DNA from: Gammaproteobacteria bacterium
GTDB lineage: Bacteria; Pseudomonadota; Gammaproteobacteria; Eutrophobiales; Eutrophobiaceae
Direction of reading: 5' to 3'
NCBI GenBank assembly: GCA_963422205.2
Contig: CAXMWX010000012.1
Coordinates: forward strand, 32,001-96,000
DNA length: 64,000 nt
The notes under the pieces are model-generated. The model was given only the letters and a program-made list of their open reading frames with translations. It had not been told where the DNA came from and did not search any database. Numbering within the stretch: position 1 is the first letter of the stretch; every line of letters begins with the position of its first letter. Positions 1 through 11,463 of the stretch are shown here, in pieces. The translations under genes and the position numbers were made by a program.

Positions 1-851
<851 letters not shown>

Positions 852-906
852 GTTAAGCCTGTAATAAAGTCGCAAGTTCAATTCTCATCTCCTTTAATAC
901 GGCGGT

Positions 907-1695
907 ATGGATCCTGCACTGACACTTGCTGGCTTTCTCGTTGGCTTTATCGTTGGCCTCACTGGTGTGGGCGGTGGCTCGCTGATGACGCCGATACTGG
1001 TGTTGGTATTTGCTGTTAAGCCAGCCGTTGCCGTGGGGACTGATCTGCTGTATGCCGCGGTCACCAAAAGCGGCGGCATCCTCGCCCATCAGGTACGTAA
1101 CACGATTAACTGGCAGGTAGTCGGCTGGCTGTCTCTGGGCAGCATCCCGGCCACCCTGGTGGCGCTCGGCATCATCGGGCAACTGCACCAGCAGGGCGTG
1201 AATTACGATCACATCATCACCCATACGCTTAGCTTTGCGCTGGTGCTGACGGCGCTGGCAATCATCTTTAAAGACAAACTCATGCGCCTGGGCGAAAAAG
1301 AGCAGTTTGCCATTATCAAGGCATGTCATACTACCTTGCTTAAACCCGCCACTGTCCTGTCCGGTGCGCTCATAGGTGCCCTGGTCAGTTTCTCATCTGT
1401 CGGGGCCGGTGCCCTGGGAGCCGCCGTTTTATTTTTTCTCTATCCGGGAATGAGGGCAATACGGATCATCGGCACTGATCTGGCACATGCGGTGCCCATC
1501 ACGGCGATAGCCGGTGCAGGTCACTGGCATATCGGCACGGTGGACTTTACCTTGCTGTTTGCGCTGCTCATCGGCTCACTGCCGGGCATTTATCTTGGCA
1601 GCCGGGTGGGGGCGGGCTTGCCGGATAAATATCTCAGGCCGATCCTCGCCACGGTACTGCTGTTGATCGGCAGTAAACTGGCAATCGCCGGATAG
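907..1695 (+). CDS. Sulfite exporter TauE/SafE family membrane protein
   Basis: GLTGVGGGSLMTP and AVGTDL motifs, two hydrophobic repeats, 262 aa. Confidence 0.9.
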   Translation: MDPALTLAGFLVGFIVGLTGVGGGSLMTPILVLVFAVKPAVAVGTDLLYAAVTKSGGILAHQVRNTINWQVVGWLSLGSIPATLVALGIIGQLHQQGVNYDHIITHTLSFALVLTALAIIFKDKLMRLGEKEQFAIIKACHTTLLKPATVLSGALIGALVSFSSVGAGALGAAVLFFLYPGMRAIRIIGTDLAHAVPITAIAGAGHWHIGTVDFTLLFALLIGSLPGIYLGSRVGAGLPDKYLRPILATVLLLIGSKLAIAG

Positions 1696-1711
1696 CGGCT
1701 TGCAGCAGGCG

Positions 1712-1939
1712 TTAATTCAGAGTCGTTTGTTTATACTGGCTGATAATGGCTGCCATCTGATCTTTCAGCAACAGCTTTCTCTTCTTCATATCCTCCAGAT
1801 GATAGTCATCAACCGTTGTACTTTTGCTGTTCGCTGCATCCACTTTTTCATTTAATTCAGCATGTTTGTGGTACAGACGTTTGAAGTTACTATCCTCTGA
1901 AAGTAACGTATCAACGATGTGCTGCTCATGTTCGAACAT
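1712..1939 (-). CDS. YdcH/DUF465 family small coiled-coil protein
   Basis: MFEHEQHIVDTLLSEDSNFKRLYHKHAELNEKV...LEDMKKRKLLLKDQM; GGGGG RBS-like run before ATG 1939. The longer 2068 start is unlikely. Confidence 0.8.
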   Translation of the reverse strand: MFEHEQHIVDTLLSEDSNFKRLYHKHAELNEKVDAANSKSTTVDDYHLEDMKKRKLLLKDQMAAIISQYKQTTLN

Positions 1940-2161
1940 AAAAAATCCCCCTGGTGTTAAGTTGGTGTCTGTTTGTGTCGGGTTTTGCTGCCGGGTGCCA
2001 GCAACATAAACAGCTGCTGGAGCAGTTGCCTTAACAGTGGTAAGGGCAGTGGTGAGATTGATTATCATACGGTATCGGTGTTAAACATAGCCGAAAAAAC
2101 GACAGATCACAAGCACTAAACCGTACTGACATTGCGATACATAACTGGTAAAATCATTATT

Positions 2162-2174
2162 TATCAATCAGTTA
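2162..2174 (+). promoter_or_regulatory. IHF consensus site
   Basis: TATCAATCAGTTA matches WATCAANNNNTTR exactly, in the intergenic region before 2199. Confidence 0.35.
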
Positions 2175-2198
2175 AAATATCTCTACGGAACAAAACCC

Positions 2199-3155
2199 AT
2201 GCCCGATAACAAAATTCATGGCCGCCTGCTGCGGTTACTCATCGCCATCCTACCCGGTTTGTATCTGCTCGCTTATGCAGTCAGCAGCACCGCATCCTCA
2301 AACCCGGCATTCAACTTAACGGAGGTTGCCACGGGTATTTATGTGCATCAGGGACAGCATCTTTCAATCGAGGCGCCGGATAACGATGACATTGCCAATA
2401 TCGGTTTTATTATTGGCGATGATTGTATTGCCGTGATTGATACGGGTGGCTCGGTAGAGACAGGCCGACAGCTGCGAGAAGCCATCGAGGCGCTGTCTAC
2501 CCTGCCGGTGTGTTATGTCATCAATACGCATATTCACTTTGATCATGTGCTTGGCAATCGTGCTTTTCAGAATGGCATGACCAGGTTCATCGGCCATCAG
2601 CACATGGCCGATGAGATACCGGCAAACCGGGAGTTTTTTCTGCAACGTTTCGCCGATAATCTCGGCAAGGCGGGCGGTGACGCCGTCATCGGCCCGGATA
2701 TTACCGTTAAAGATACACTGGAGTTGGATCTGGGTAACCGTATCTTGCGGCTCACCGCCCGACCCGTTGCCCATTCGCATACCGACTTGACGGTATACGA
2801 TAAAAACACCAGCACCTTATGGCTGTCAGATCTGTTATTTCAAGACCGTATTCCGGCATTGGACGGCAGCTTGACGGGCTGGCTGGCGCTGATGGCTGAC
2901 TTAACACAGCAACGCATCAAGCAGGTCATCCCCGGACACGGGCCGGCGGTGTTGGCCTGGCCAGCGGCGGCGACTGATCAACAGCGCTACTTAAATGCCC
3001 TGCTGCAACAAACCCGCAAGGCGATTGCCGAGGGCAGGTTCATGGAGGAGATCATCGATACGGTGGGCCGTGAAGAGAAGCACAACTGGCTGCTGCATGA
3101 GGAGAATCACCGGCGTAACGTGACCCGTGCCTTTACTGAGCTGGAATGGGAATAA
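2199..3155 (+). CDS. Exported MBL-fold zinc metallohydrolase (quinoprotein relay system / SoxH-like)
   Basis: Signal peptide, ANIGFIIG, INTHIHFDHVLGN (HxHxDH), HSHTD, IPGHG, C-terminal ELEWE. Confidence 0.8.
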   Translation: MPDNKIHGRLLRLLIAILPGLYLLAYAVSSTASSNPAFNLTEVATGIYVHQGQHLSIEAPDNDDIANIGFIIGDDCIAVIDTGGSVETGRQLREAIEALSTLPVCYVINTHIHFDHVLGNRAFQNGMTRFIGHQHMADEIPANREFFLQRFADNLGKAGGDAVIGPDITVKDTLELDLGNRILRLTARPVAHSHTDLTVYDKNTSTLWLSDLLFQDRIPALDGSLTGWLALMADLTQQRIKQVIPGHGPAVLAWPAAATDQQRYLNALLQQTRKAIAEGRFMEEIIDTVGREEKHNWLLHEENHRRNVTRAFTELEWE

Positions 3156-3234
3156 CATCACACCTGACCGAAGGCCGGTATACGTCAGCACATGCCATAA
3201 CATCCACGCCCTGCCCTATCGGCTGCTATCAAAT

Positions 3235-4101
3235 ATGAACGCATGGGTTGAAGGGTTGCTTGGCCTGTTACTGCTGGAACGCCTTGACGATAACATCTTT
3301 CGTGGTCCTAGCCGCGATATTGGCACGGATCGTGTCTACGGCGGGCAGGTGCTCGGGCAAGCGCTCAAGGCCGCCCAGTATACGGTTGAAAACCGGCAGA
3401 TACATTCACTGCATGCCTATTTTCTCCGCCAGGGTGATCACGATTTCCCGATTATTTATGAGGTGGATCGCAGCCGTGATGGCAGGAGCTTTGCCGCCAG
3501 ACGGGTGGTGGCTATTCAGCACGGGCAGCCGATATTCACGCTGTCCGCCTCTTTTCAACATGCCGAAACCGGGCTTGAGTATCAACGTGATATGTCAACC
3601 CCTGTGCCTGCACCTGAAGACCTGCCAGCGATGGACGCACTGGATTCGGAGAGAGTCGGCGAGCTGTCGGAGAAATTCCAGCGCATCGTGAATTTATCCG
3701 CACCGTTTGACTTGCGCCCGGTCGGCCCGATGCAGCAGCTGACCTCGGCAAATTCCGAGCCTCGCCGCCAGTTCTGGTTCAAGACCCTGGATACATTGCC
3801 GGATGATGATGACCTGCATCGTGCCATACTGGCCTATGTCTCAGATTATGGTTTGCTGACCACCACGCTCATACCGCATGGATTTCACATGTTTGACAAC
3901 CAGCTTACCCTGGCAAGCATTGATCATGCAATGTGGTTTCATCGCCCTTTCCGCATGGACGACTGGCTGTTGTATGATTTTGAAGCCCTGTCCACCTCAA
4001 ATGCACGCGGGCTGGCGAAAGGCACCATCTATCAGCAGGATGGCAGGATGGTGGCAACCACCATCCAGGAAGGGCTGATCAGGGTGAGAGAAAAGCCCTG
4101 A
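3235..4101 (+). CDS. tesB: Acyl-CoA thioesterase II
   Basis: VYGGQVLGQAL, HSLHAYFLR, RDGRSF, ASIDHAMWFHRP, QEGLIR; likely start MNAWVE at 3235. Confidence 0.92.
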   Translation: MNAWVEGLLGLLLLERLDDNIFRGPSRDIGTDRVYGGQVLGQALKAAQYTVENRQIHSLHAYFLRQGDHDFPIIYEVDRSRDGRSFAARRVVAIQHGQPIFTLSASFQHAETGLEYQRDMSTPVPAPEDLPAMDALDSERVGELSEKFQRIVNLSAPFDLRPVGPMQQLTSANSEPRRQFWFKTLDTLPDDDDLHRAILAYVSDYGLLTTTLIPHGFHMFDNQLTLASIDHAMWFHRPFRMDDWLLYDFEALSTSNARGLAKGTIYQQDGRMVATTIQEGLIRVREKP

Positions 4102-4118
4102 TGCGCATACATGTACGC

Positions 4119-5768
4119 TCACATATTGGGATAGTGCGGGCCGCCACCGCCCTCCGGTGTCACCCAGACAATATTCTGACCGGGGTCTTTGATATCGCAG
4201 GTTTTACAATGCACACAATTCTGTGCATTAATCTGCAATGTCTGCTTACCGTCTGCTTCAATAAACTCATAAACACCCGCCGGGCAATAACGCTGTTCAG
4301 GCCCGGCATAGTCTTGCAGATTACGCCGGATGGGCAGCGTGTCATCTTTTAATGTCAAATGACACGGCTGATCCTCCCCATGATGGGTATTGGATACAAA
4401 CACCGAGGAAAGCCGGTCAAAACTCAACACGCCATCCGGCTTGGGATAGCTGATCTGCTGGCACTGGCTGGCAGGTTTTAATGCACAGTGATCAGGCTGC
4501 GTATCGTGTAATGTGAAGGGCAACCGGCCATGGCAGAGCCCCTGATCAAGATAATTAAACGCACTTCCCAGATACAGGCCAAACTTATGCAGGGCCGGCC
4601 CGAAATTACGTGAACGATAGATCTCCTCCCCGGCCCAACTCTGCCTGAAATGCTCATCAAATTGCTGCAAGTCCTTGCCTGCTGCCCCCTCATTCGTCAG
4701 CGCAGCAAACAGGGTCTCAGCGGCAACCATGCCCGACTTCATCGCCGTATGTGTGCCTTTTATCTTGGCAAAATTCAAGGTGCCAGCATCACAGCCCACC
4801 AGCAAACCGCCCGGCATGGACATCCTGGGCAGGGAATTCAACCCGCCTTTACAGATCGCACGGGCGCCATAGGCCAGCCTTTTACCTGCGCCAAGTGTGC
4901 TGGCAATCACCGGATGGTGTTTCAGGCGCTGAAATTCATCGAACGGACTCAACCAGGGGTTCTGATAATTCAGATCAACGATTAAGCCGACCGCCACCTG
5001 ATTATCCTCCAGATGATAAAGAAAAAACCCGCCTGAGGCGTCCTTATCCAGCGGCCAGCCCACACCATGCACCACCAACCCCGGCCGGTGGTGTTCAGGT
5101 GTCACCTCCCAAAGCTCCTTTAGGCCGATCCCATAGTGTTGCGGGTCACGACCGCTCGCCATATCGAATCTCTCCAGTAACTGCCGACCCAAATGACCAC
5201 GACACCCCTCGGCAAATACGGTATATCGGGCAAGCACCTCCAACCCGGCTTCAAAACCCTCTTTCTGTTCCCCGTTGGCCGCAACACCCATGTCGCCTGT
5301 GGCAACCCCCTTAATACTGCCCGCCTCGTCATAGAGAATTTCAGCGGCGGCAAAACCGGGGTAGATTTCAACGTCAAGGGCTTCGGCCTGTTCGGCCAGC
5401 CAGCGGCAGACATTGCCCAGGCTGACGATATAGTTACCGGCATTGTGCATCGGCGCTGGCAGCAGAAAATGGGGGATTTTGATTGCGCTGCGCGCACCGG
5501 TGAGCAGATAAAACGCATCTCGTTCAGCAATCGTTGTTAAGGGGGCGCCCGCCTCCTGCCAGCCGGGCAGCAACTCATGCAAGGCCCGTGGCTCTATCAC
5601 GGCACCGGAGAGAATATGTGCGCCCACCTCCGAACCCTTCTCCAACACACAGACAGTATCGTCCCTGCCCTCTGCCCTGGCCAGTTGCTTTAACTTAATG
5701 GCCGTGCTCAGCCCGGCCGGACCTGCGCCCACGATAACGACATCATATTGCATGGACTCACGCCCCAT
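4119..5768 (-). CDS. Electron transfer flavoprotein-ubiquinone oxidoreductase
   Basis: GAGPAG FAD motif, EKGSEVGAHILSGA, KIKGTHTAMKSG, RYCPAGVYE, NCVHCKTCDIKDP [4Fe-4S]. Confidence 0.96.
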   Translation of the reverse strand: MGRESMQYDVVIVGAGPAGLSTAIKLKQLARAEGRDDTVCVLEKGSEVGAHILSGAVIEPRALHELLPGWQEAGAPLTTIAERDAFYLLTGARSAIKIPHFLLPAPMHNAGNYIVSLGNVCRWLAEQAEALDVEIYPGFAAAEILYDEAGSIKGVATGDMGVAANGEQKEGFEAGLEVLARYTVFAEGCRGHLGRQLLERFDMASGRDPQHYGIGLKELWEVTPEHHRPGLVVHGVGWPLDKDASGGFFLYHLEDNQVAVGLIVDLNYQNPWLSPFDEFQRLKHHPVIASTLGAGKRLAYGARAICKGGLNSLPRMSMPGGLLVGCDAGTLNFAKIKGTHTAMKSGMVAAETLFAALTNEGAAGKDLQQFDEHFRQSWAGEEIYRSRNFGPALHKFGLYLGSAFNYLDQGLCHGRLPFTLHDTQPDHCALKPASQCQQISYPKPDGVLSFDRLSSVFVSNTHHGEDQPCHLTLKDDTLPIRRNLQDYAGPEQRYCPAGVYEFIEADGKQTLQINAQNCVHCKTCDIKDPGQNIVWVTPEGGGGPHYPNM

Positions 5769-5860
5769 AGCCTCACCTCGTTTTTATGGCCTGGCGGGGG
5801 CGGCCTGATGGTTCAAAGACATCACCGAAGTTCAACCGTCATCCACATCAGGTGAGGGGT

Positions 5861-7189
5861 TTACCGTCTGACTTTTTTGCTTTGCAGACTTCTCTCCAAC
5901 TCGGCCTTGCGCTTCATCTCTGTGCTGACATAGTGCAACCAAGTCTCAGCCGTTTTACGCGATTGTTTATCTTTGGCCGCTTCACGAAATGAAGTGAGTG
6001 AAGAGTTAAAGCGTTGCAATTCAAACTCTGCCAGCCCCTTCATGATATACGCCTGGCCTCGACGCTTGATGCCGCCTTTTTTGAAAGCGGTTTGCAGGGA
6101 ATCCACCGCCTCTTTGTATTGATCCAGGTTCATATAGGCCTGGGCAAGGCGCACATTCAAATCACCATCGCTGGAAATACTGGCCGCTCGCTTTAACGGC
6201 GGGATAGACTTCTCGCTTTCCTGGGCCTGTAACCAGGCCTGTGACAGCAATCTCAGATTACGGATATTGCGCTCGATCTTCTGCTCCTGCATGCCTTTAT
6301 CCAGCAAGACCGCCGCCTTGTAAGGGGCTTCATGTAACAGATAAAGATTGGCCAGGTTAAGCTGTTGATTGCCACGTTCCAGATTGCCCTGATCATAGAG
6401 CATCTCCAGTATGGCCATCTGTTTATCCAGGCGCTTTAGCTCCGAGTAGGCGCCGGCCATGGTCAGCCAGTATTCATTTTTTGGATACAAGGCGACCAAC
6501 TCCTTCAATGTCTTGACCATGTTCTTGTAATCGCCCAGATTAAAATAATCCACGCGCATGAGTAACAACAGGTTTTCTTTCGGCTTGTCACCACGCTCCT
6601 TGACCAGCTTATACGCCTGCTTTAAGGGCACCAGCGATTCCTTGTACTTGCCTAACTGATAATACCCCTGCCCCAGCAGCATATAGGCATTTTCAGTCGG
6701 CTTCGGTGTGATGGCAAACCAGCGCTTGATGGTATCCACCGCTTTTCTGTAGTCTTCCAGGATAAAATATAATTGGGCCAGGGTGTAAAGTGAGTTCTGT
6801 ATCAGCGCTTCCGGCAGGTCTGGCTGGGCCAGGACTTTCTCATAGGAACGAATGGCCTCTTTATATTTCTCCAGAGTAAAGTAGGTATAGGCGAAGTAGT
6901 TATAAAGCTGGGCTTTCTCATAAGGCGTGAGCTTGGGCTGCTTCTCCAACTCACGCAGCTTGGCAAGGCCAGCATTATAATCCTTCGCTTCAATCAACTC
7001 CTGTGCTTCGGTCAGCTTTTTGTAGACCTTCTCGCCCATGGAAGGCGTCTTTGTCGTCTTGCGCTTCTCACCATCACCGGCAGCACCGGCTTCAACAACA
7101 GGGGTATGGATGAGGGCCGGCACGATACTGCAAACCACCAACAGCACAGCAACACGACATGTATTCAACATTCGTTGCATGGGTTTCAT
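5861..7189 (-). CDS. TPR-repeat periplasmic protein (TtpD-like), last gene of TonB2-type operon
   Basis: Signal peptide then repeated TPR helices (YTLAQLY, LLGQGYYQLG, LAQAYMNL); start placed at ATG 7189 just after tonB. Confidence 0.8.
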   Translation of the reverse strand: MKPMQRMLNTCRVAVLLVVCSIVPALIHTPVVEAGAAGDGEKRKTTKTPSMGEKVYKKLTEAQELIEAKDYNAGLAKLRELEKQPKLTPYEKAQLYNYFAYTYFTLEKYKEAIRSYEKVLAQPDLPEALIQNSLYTLAQLYFILEDYRKAVDTIKRWFAITPKPTENAYMLLGQGYYQLGKYKESLVPLKQAYKLVKERGDKPKENLLLLMRVDYFNLGDYKNMVKTLKELVALYPKNEYWLTMAGAYSELKRLDKQMAILEMLYDQGNLERGNQQLNLANLYLLHEAPYKAAVLLDKGMQEQKIERNIRNLRLLSQAWLQAQESEKSIPPLKRAASISSDGDLNVRLAQAYMNLDQYKEAVDSLQTAFKKGGIKRRGQAYIMKGLAEFELQRFNSSLTSFREAAKDKQSRKTAETWLHYVSTEMKRKAELERSLQSKKVRR

Positions 7190-7193
7190 CACT

Positions 7194-7814
7194 CTACTCC
7201 TCAATCGCAAAGGTGATTTTATTTTGCACACCGGGCACCTCAATCGGCTGCCCGTCGACGATCCTCGGCTTGTACTTAAACTTGCCCGCTGCCTGAGTCG
7301 CCGCCTTTTCGAACATGCCCTTCGGCTTGGCCTCAACGATGAAGATATCCTTGGTCGTGCCCTGCTTGGTCACGGTAAATTCGACGATCACATACCCTTC
7401 AATACCACGGGAGAGCGCTCTTCTGGGGTAGACCGGCTGGACTTTGACAATCGGCAGATACTCACCATCACTGGGCGCCAGACCAAACCCGCTGGCATCC
7501 AGATTAATGCTGGTATTGACGGGGGCTGCCGAGACCTGCATGGCCTGGGCCTCCGGATTAATATCATCCATCGCTGGCGGCGGCGGTTCCGGGGGTGGCT
7601 CATCCGGCGGCGGGGGTTTCTTGGGCTTGGGTTTTTTCGGGTTCACCAGCTCTTCCGGGGGTACCCGGACAAAATCCAAGATACGCCCCACCTCATCCTC
7701 ATCCAGGGGTTTTTTTGACAGTGCAATCAGATGCTGCATCAAAAAGAACAGGCCAAATACCACCACGCCTGCTATCAGTACGACAACAATAGAGCGTATG
7801 ACAAGCGCCGGCAT
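7194..7814 (-). CDS. tonB: Energy transducer TonB
   Basis: N-terminal TM, Pro/Lys-rich linker (KPKPKKPPPPDEPPPEPPPP), YPRRALSRGIEGYVIVEF C-terminal domain. Confidence 0.92.
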   Translation of the reverse strand: MPALVIRSIVVVLIAGVVVFGLFFLMQHLIALSKKPLDEDEVGRILDFVRVPPEELVNPKKPKPKKPPPPDEPPPEPPPPAMDDINPEAQAMQVSAAPVNTSINLDASGFGLAPSDGEYLPIVKVQPVYPRRALSRGIEGYVIVEFTVTKQGTTKDIFIVEAKPKGMFEKAATQAAGKFKYKPRIVDGQPIEVPGVQNKITFAIEE

Positions 7815-7817
7815 GGC

Positions 7818-8219
7818 TTATCTTTCAGCCGCCAGTGCAATGTTATACACACCCGCCTGGCGGGCGGCATCCATGACCTCGACCAGTAATTTATTTTTTG
7901 ACTCCTCATCCGCCTGAATGACCACAGAGCCTTGCGGATTCTCAGCATGCAGCCGCTCAATATTCGGCCTCACCGCCCGGACATCAACCTTGCGCCTGTC
8001 AATCCAGATATTATTATTCGCATCAATGGCCACCAGAATATTGGCCTTCTTTTTGACCTCGGCGGTCGGGGCATCCGGCTTGTTGACATCGATACCGGTT
8101 TCTTTGATAAAGGTGGCTGTGACGATAAAGAAAATCAACATGATAAACACCACATCAATCAGTGGTGTCAGGTCTACCTGAGATTCATCATCGCCAGCCG
8201 CTTGAGTTATTCTTCGCAT
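7818..8219 (-). CDS. exbD: Biopolymer transport protein ExbD
   Basis: VDLTPLIDVVFIMLIFFIVT, VVIQAD. Confidence 0.93.
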   Translation of the reverse strand: MRRITQAAGDDESQVDLTPLIDVVFIMLIFFIVTATFIKETGIDVNKPDAPTAEVKKKANILVAIDANNNIWIDRRKVDVRAVRPNIERLHAENPQGSVVIQADEESKNKLLVEVMDAARQAGVYNIALAAER

Positions 8220-8243
8220 AAAGCACCTGTGTCGGGTTAGTCA

Positions 8244-8825
8244 CTAATGATCCATCGTCATGTGTTCACCTAGCATCTCAACCTCCGCATCGGCCTTGCG
8301 TTGCAGGTACACACTGATAAACAAACCGGAAAGCGCCGCCACCATCCCGGACATGGTCGGCACGGTGGCCTTGGAGACGCCAGCCGCCATCGCCCTGGCA
8401 TTGCCCGTACCCAGCAAGGACATGACTTCAAACACGGCAATCATGCCAGTCACCGTACCCAGCAGCCCCATTAATGGACACAGGGCAACGCAGGCCTGGA
8501 TCAGGCCAAGGTAACGGGTCGCCGAAAGACGCACTTCGGAGATCAATGCTTCACGCACCCGGCGAGCATGCCATGACCGGCGCTCATCCCGTGCCTCCCA
8601 GCGATCGATGGTCTGCCGGACAACGTGTTTGTGATCGGTAGCGAAATAGAGAAAACGCTCAATGATCATAATCCACATAATGGTCAACACAAACGCTATC
8701 AGCAGCAGGACATCGCCGCCCAGTTCCATAAAATCCCGGATCGCCTCCCACATGTTCACAAAGCCCTGCTCCAGGCCAACCACGCCGGTGATGGCTCTTA
8801 ATATGGCGTAGATAATCTCGATCAT
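8244..8825 (-). CDS. exbB: MotA/TolQ/ExbB proton channel protein
   Basis: CPLMGLLGTVTGMI, MAAGVSKATVPT. Confidence 0.88.
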   Translation of the reverse strand: MIEIIYAILRAITGVVGLEQGFVNMWEAIRDFMELGGDVLLLIAFVLTIMWIMIIERFLYFATDHKHVVRQTIDRWEARDERRSWHARRVREALISEVRLSATRYLGLIQACVALCPLMGLLGTVTGMIAVFEVMSLLGTGNARAMAAGVSKATVPTMSGMVAALSGLFISVYLQRKADAEVEMLGEHMTMDH

Positions 8826-8857
8826 CAGTCGCTCTGCCTCATGCTCAACTCATCCGG

Positions 8858-10243
8858 CTAACCCTTCTGGCTTTGGGATGCCTCGGCAACCAGCCCGGTC
8901 GCCTGCTCTTCCAGCAACTCAACGATACGTTTGCTGCGACCGGCAACCAGCGCATGCAAAAAGACCGTCGGGATGGCGACACACAGGCCCAGCATGGTGG
9001 TCACCAGGGCCTGCGAGATCCCGCCGGCCATCAGTTTCGGATCACCCGTACCGAATAGGGTAATCGCCTGGAAGGTGAGGATCATACCGGTCACCGTACC
9101 CAGCAGCCCCAGCAGGGGAGCAACCACGGCAATGACTTTTAGCAGGGTATTGAAGCGGTTCAGGCCCGGCACCTCGCGCAACACCGCCTCCCCCATCTTC
9201 AACTCCAGCGACTCAACATCCATGTTCTTGTTATCAGCATAGACCTGTAACACCCGGCCGAGCGGGTTACCTTGATTCGGGCTGCGAAGGTTGCGCCGTT
9301 GGGCGGCGACCTTCATGCTCATCAGCATCAGCCAGATGGCACGTAACACCGCAACGATAAAGGCAAACAGACCGAGGAAGATAATAATGCGACCAATCAC
9401 ACCGCCCTGCTCCCAGGCGCGCTCCCGCCAGCTCGGCTCTTCCACCAGCAGGCCGAGCAGTTGACCTCGGGTGGGGTCCAGGCCCATCTTCACCAAGCCG
9501 CTGTCGGCTACGCTCAACTCCTCTGCCGTGTTCACAAAACGGGGCTTGGGCTGGCGGATTAACTCCGAGACCTTTTCGGTTTCAAAATCGTATTTCAGGT
9601 ATTTGCCATCGGCGATGATATTAAACAGCCCGACCCGAATCACATCGGTGTCTGCCTCATTACCCTCAGCGAGGACATCGGTATTGAAGCGACTGACCTT
9701 GCCCGACTCGGTCATTTCCCGCTGCAATTCAAACCATAGCCGCTCGATCTCCTCCAGTGAGGCCAGCTGGGAAGTGGAACTCATCTTCTCGACCAATTCG
9801 GTCAGGAATGCGCCCCGGTCAGGGTATTGAATATTGGTGAGCGAGCTGTCGAAATTACCGCGGGCATCGCCCGCCGCCTGTTGCAACACGCCGAATAACT
9901 CCTTCAAAGAACCCAGGCGTTTATTCAGCAGATCGGCCAGTTCAGCAATCTGCAACTCGTTCTCATCAAACCTGGCCTCCATCTGCGCGCTGATGGCCTC
10001 TTGCTGTGCGCGCTCTTGCCTCGCCTGTTCCATTAGCTGCGCCTGCCTGGCCTTGTTGCGGGCAAACTCGGCCTCGCGCGCCTTGTTACGCTGGTTCTCC
10101 TGCAAGGCGGCTTCTCTGACCTGTTTTAATAATTGATCCAGCGTGGCCGCTTTTTGCTGCGCGCCCGGCTGGAGGGAAAACAGGCAGGCCACGATGGCAA
10201 CGATGGCAACGTATGCCCGGGCAGTATATGTCAGGGCGCTCAT
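8858..10243 (-). CDS. Long MotA/TolQ/ExbB protein (TtpC-like)
   Basis: Large periplasmic coiled-coil N-terminus, DPTRGQLL, APLLGLLGTVTGMILTFQAITLFGTGDPKLMAGGISQAL. Confidence 0.88.
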   Translation of the reverse strand: MSALTYTARAYVAIVAIVACLFSLQPGAQQKAATLDQLLKQVREAALQENQRNKAREAEFARNKARQAQLMEQARQERAQQEAISAQMEARFDENELQIAELADLLNKRLGSLKELFGVLQQAAGDARGNFDSSLTNIQYPDRGAFLTELVEKMSSTSQLASLEEIERLWFELQREMTESGKVSRFNTDVLAEGNEADTDVIRVGLFNIIADGKYLKYDFETEKVSELIRQPKPRFVNTAEELSVADSGLVKMGLDPTRGQLLGLLVEEPSWRERAWEQGGVIGRIIIFLGLFAFIVAVLRAIWLMLMSMKVAAQRRNLRSPNQGNPLGRVLQVYADNKNMDVESLELKMGEAVLREVPGLNRFNTLLKVIAVVAPLLGLLGTVTGMILTFQAITLFGTGDPKLMAGGISQALVTTMLGLCVAIPTVFLHALVAGRSKRIVELLEEQATGLVAEASQSQKG

Positions 10244-11019
10244 TGTGCATCTCCGGCGGCGTTGACCGGCAGCATAATCAGATCAGGGGCGACCTGCTTG
10301 CGGGCTATCTTCAAGCCCTTGGCAATATGATTGCGGTACTCAGCAGCATCAAGCTCAACCCATTGCCGTGCCTGCTGATCCCATGCCTTGTTCAGTTTGC
10401 CCGTCTCATCCTGATAGACCAGCGATACCCGACCGAAACGCAGCAGGCTGACCTCTATCCCGTCGATCACATCCTTGTAAGCCTCAATGGTGCGGCCATA
10501 GTCGTTCTCGATCTGATAGGCCTCCAGCACGTTTCTGAATTTCTCAGCGGCGGTCACATCCGCCCGGCCTATGGTATCGCGCAGACGGACAATGCGATCA
10601 CGCCGCTCTTCCAGCAAAAACGGCACATCCAGCTCAATAAACTGCGCCAGCGCATCGACCATTTTCAGCATCAGCGGCGTGATTTGCCGTTCGATAATGG
10701 AAACCTCTTCTATCGAATCCCTTAACTGCTGCATCTCATCAGTTTGCAATTCAAGCTGTTTACGCAGCAGCGTGTTGTAGACCTTCAACCCATCGATCAC
10801 CTTCAACTCTTTTTTATAGCGGGCAACGATCTTCTCGGTCGACTCTGAGATGGTATCGATCTTTTTTTGCGAGGCGGCCGCTGTTTTGTTCCTGGTCACG
10901 CCCGTATCAACGACTTTATCGACCTTGTCCTGCGCCTGCACCTGCTGGGTCAACGCCAGTGTGAACAGGAAGATCAGCCACCACGGATTGCGGATACATA
11001 AAAATTTTAAAGTTTCCAT
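10240..11019 (-). CDS. DUF3450 family periplasmic protein (TtpB-like)
   Basis: Signal peptide, DVPFLLEERRDRI, AEKFRNVLEAYQIENDYGR, GRVSLVY; overlaps the ttpC start. Confidence 0.85.
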   Translation of the reverse strand: METLKFLCIRNPWWLIFLFTLALTQQVQAQDKVDKVVDTGVTRNKTAAASQKKIDTISESTEKIVARYKKELKVIDGLKVYNTLLRKQLELQTDEMQQLRDSIEEVSIIERQITPLMLKMVDALAQFIELDVPFLLEERRDRIVRLRDTIGRADVTAAEKFRNVLEAYQIENDYGRTIEAYKDVIDGIEVSLLRFGRVSLVYQDETGKLNKAWDQQARQWVELDAAEYRNHIAKGLKIARKQVAPDLIMLPVNAAGDAQ

Positions 11020-11463
11020 AAGCTAAGCAAGGCCTCCACCAGATGGTGATTATTTCGATGGTAATGTGTTATTAAAGTGTCAAGTTGATCGTAATTTGCA
11101 CAGTCCTGCTAATGACTATCTCCGGCATTTATTATTATAATCTGTCAGAAGGTGCCAGGGTAATTGAAGTTCTCACAATATATCAATCGTTATCAATTAT
11201 TGAGCGTATGCCCCTCATCCCAAGTCGCACAACAAAACCATCATACCACGATAGTCTGCCCGAATTTTACGTTGACATCATCCAGAGTGCAAACGGGAAG
11301 TAAGTTATTTGACTGCCGCCCTGACATACACCCAGAACCAAGGAGAGTCCATGCACACCAGAGAACTTGCCATAAGCCATCATGATGCCATGTTCACGCT
11401 GGCCAGCCGGGCCGGGACACCCCGTACAGGCGAATTTGCCGCTTAACAGAAGCCGAATGCAAG

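Noticed and set aside
11170-11205. Possible Fur box upstream of the TonB operon (TGATAACGATTGATA on the minus strand)
   Set aside because: Only about 11/19 matches to consensus in AT-rich DNA; not distinguishable from chance.
11085-11385. Short ORFs in the 440-bp intergenic region
   Set aside because: TTG starts, no RBS and no recognisable features; more likely divergent promoter DNA.
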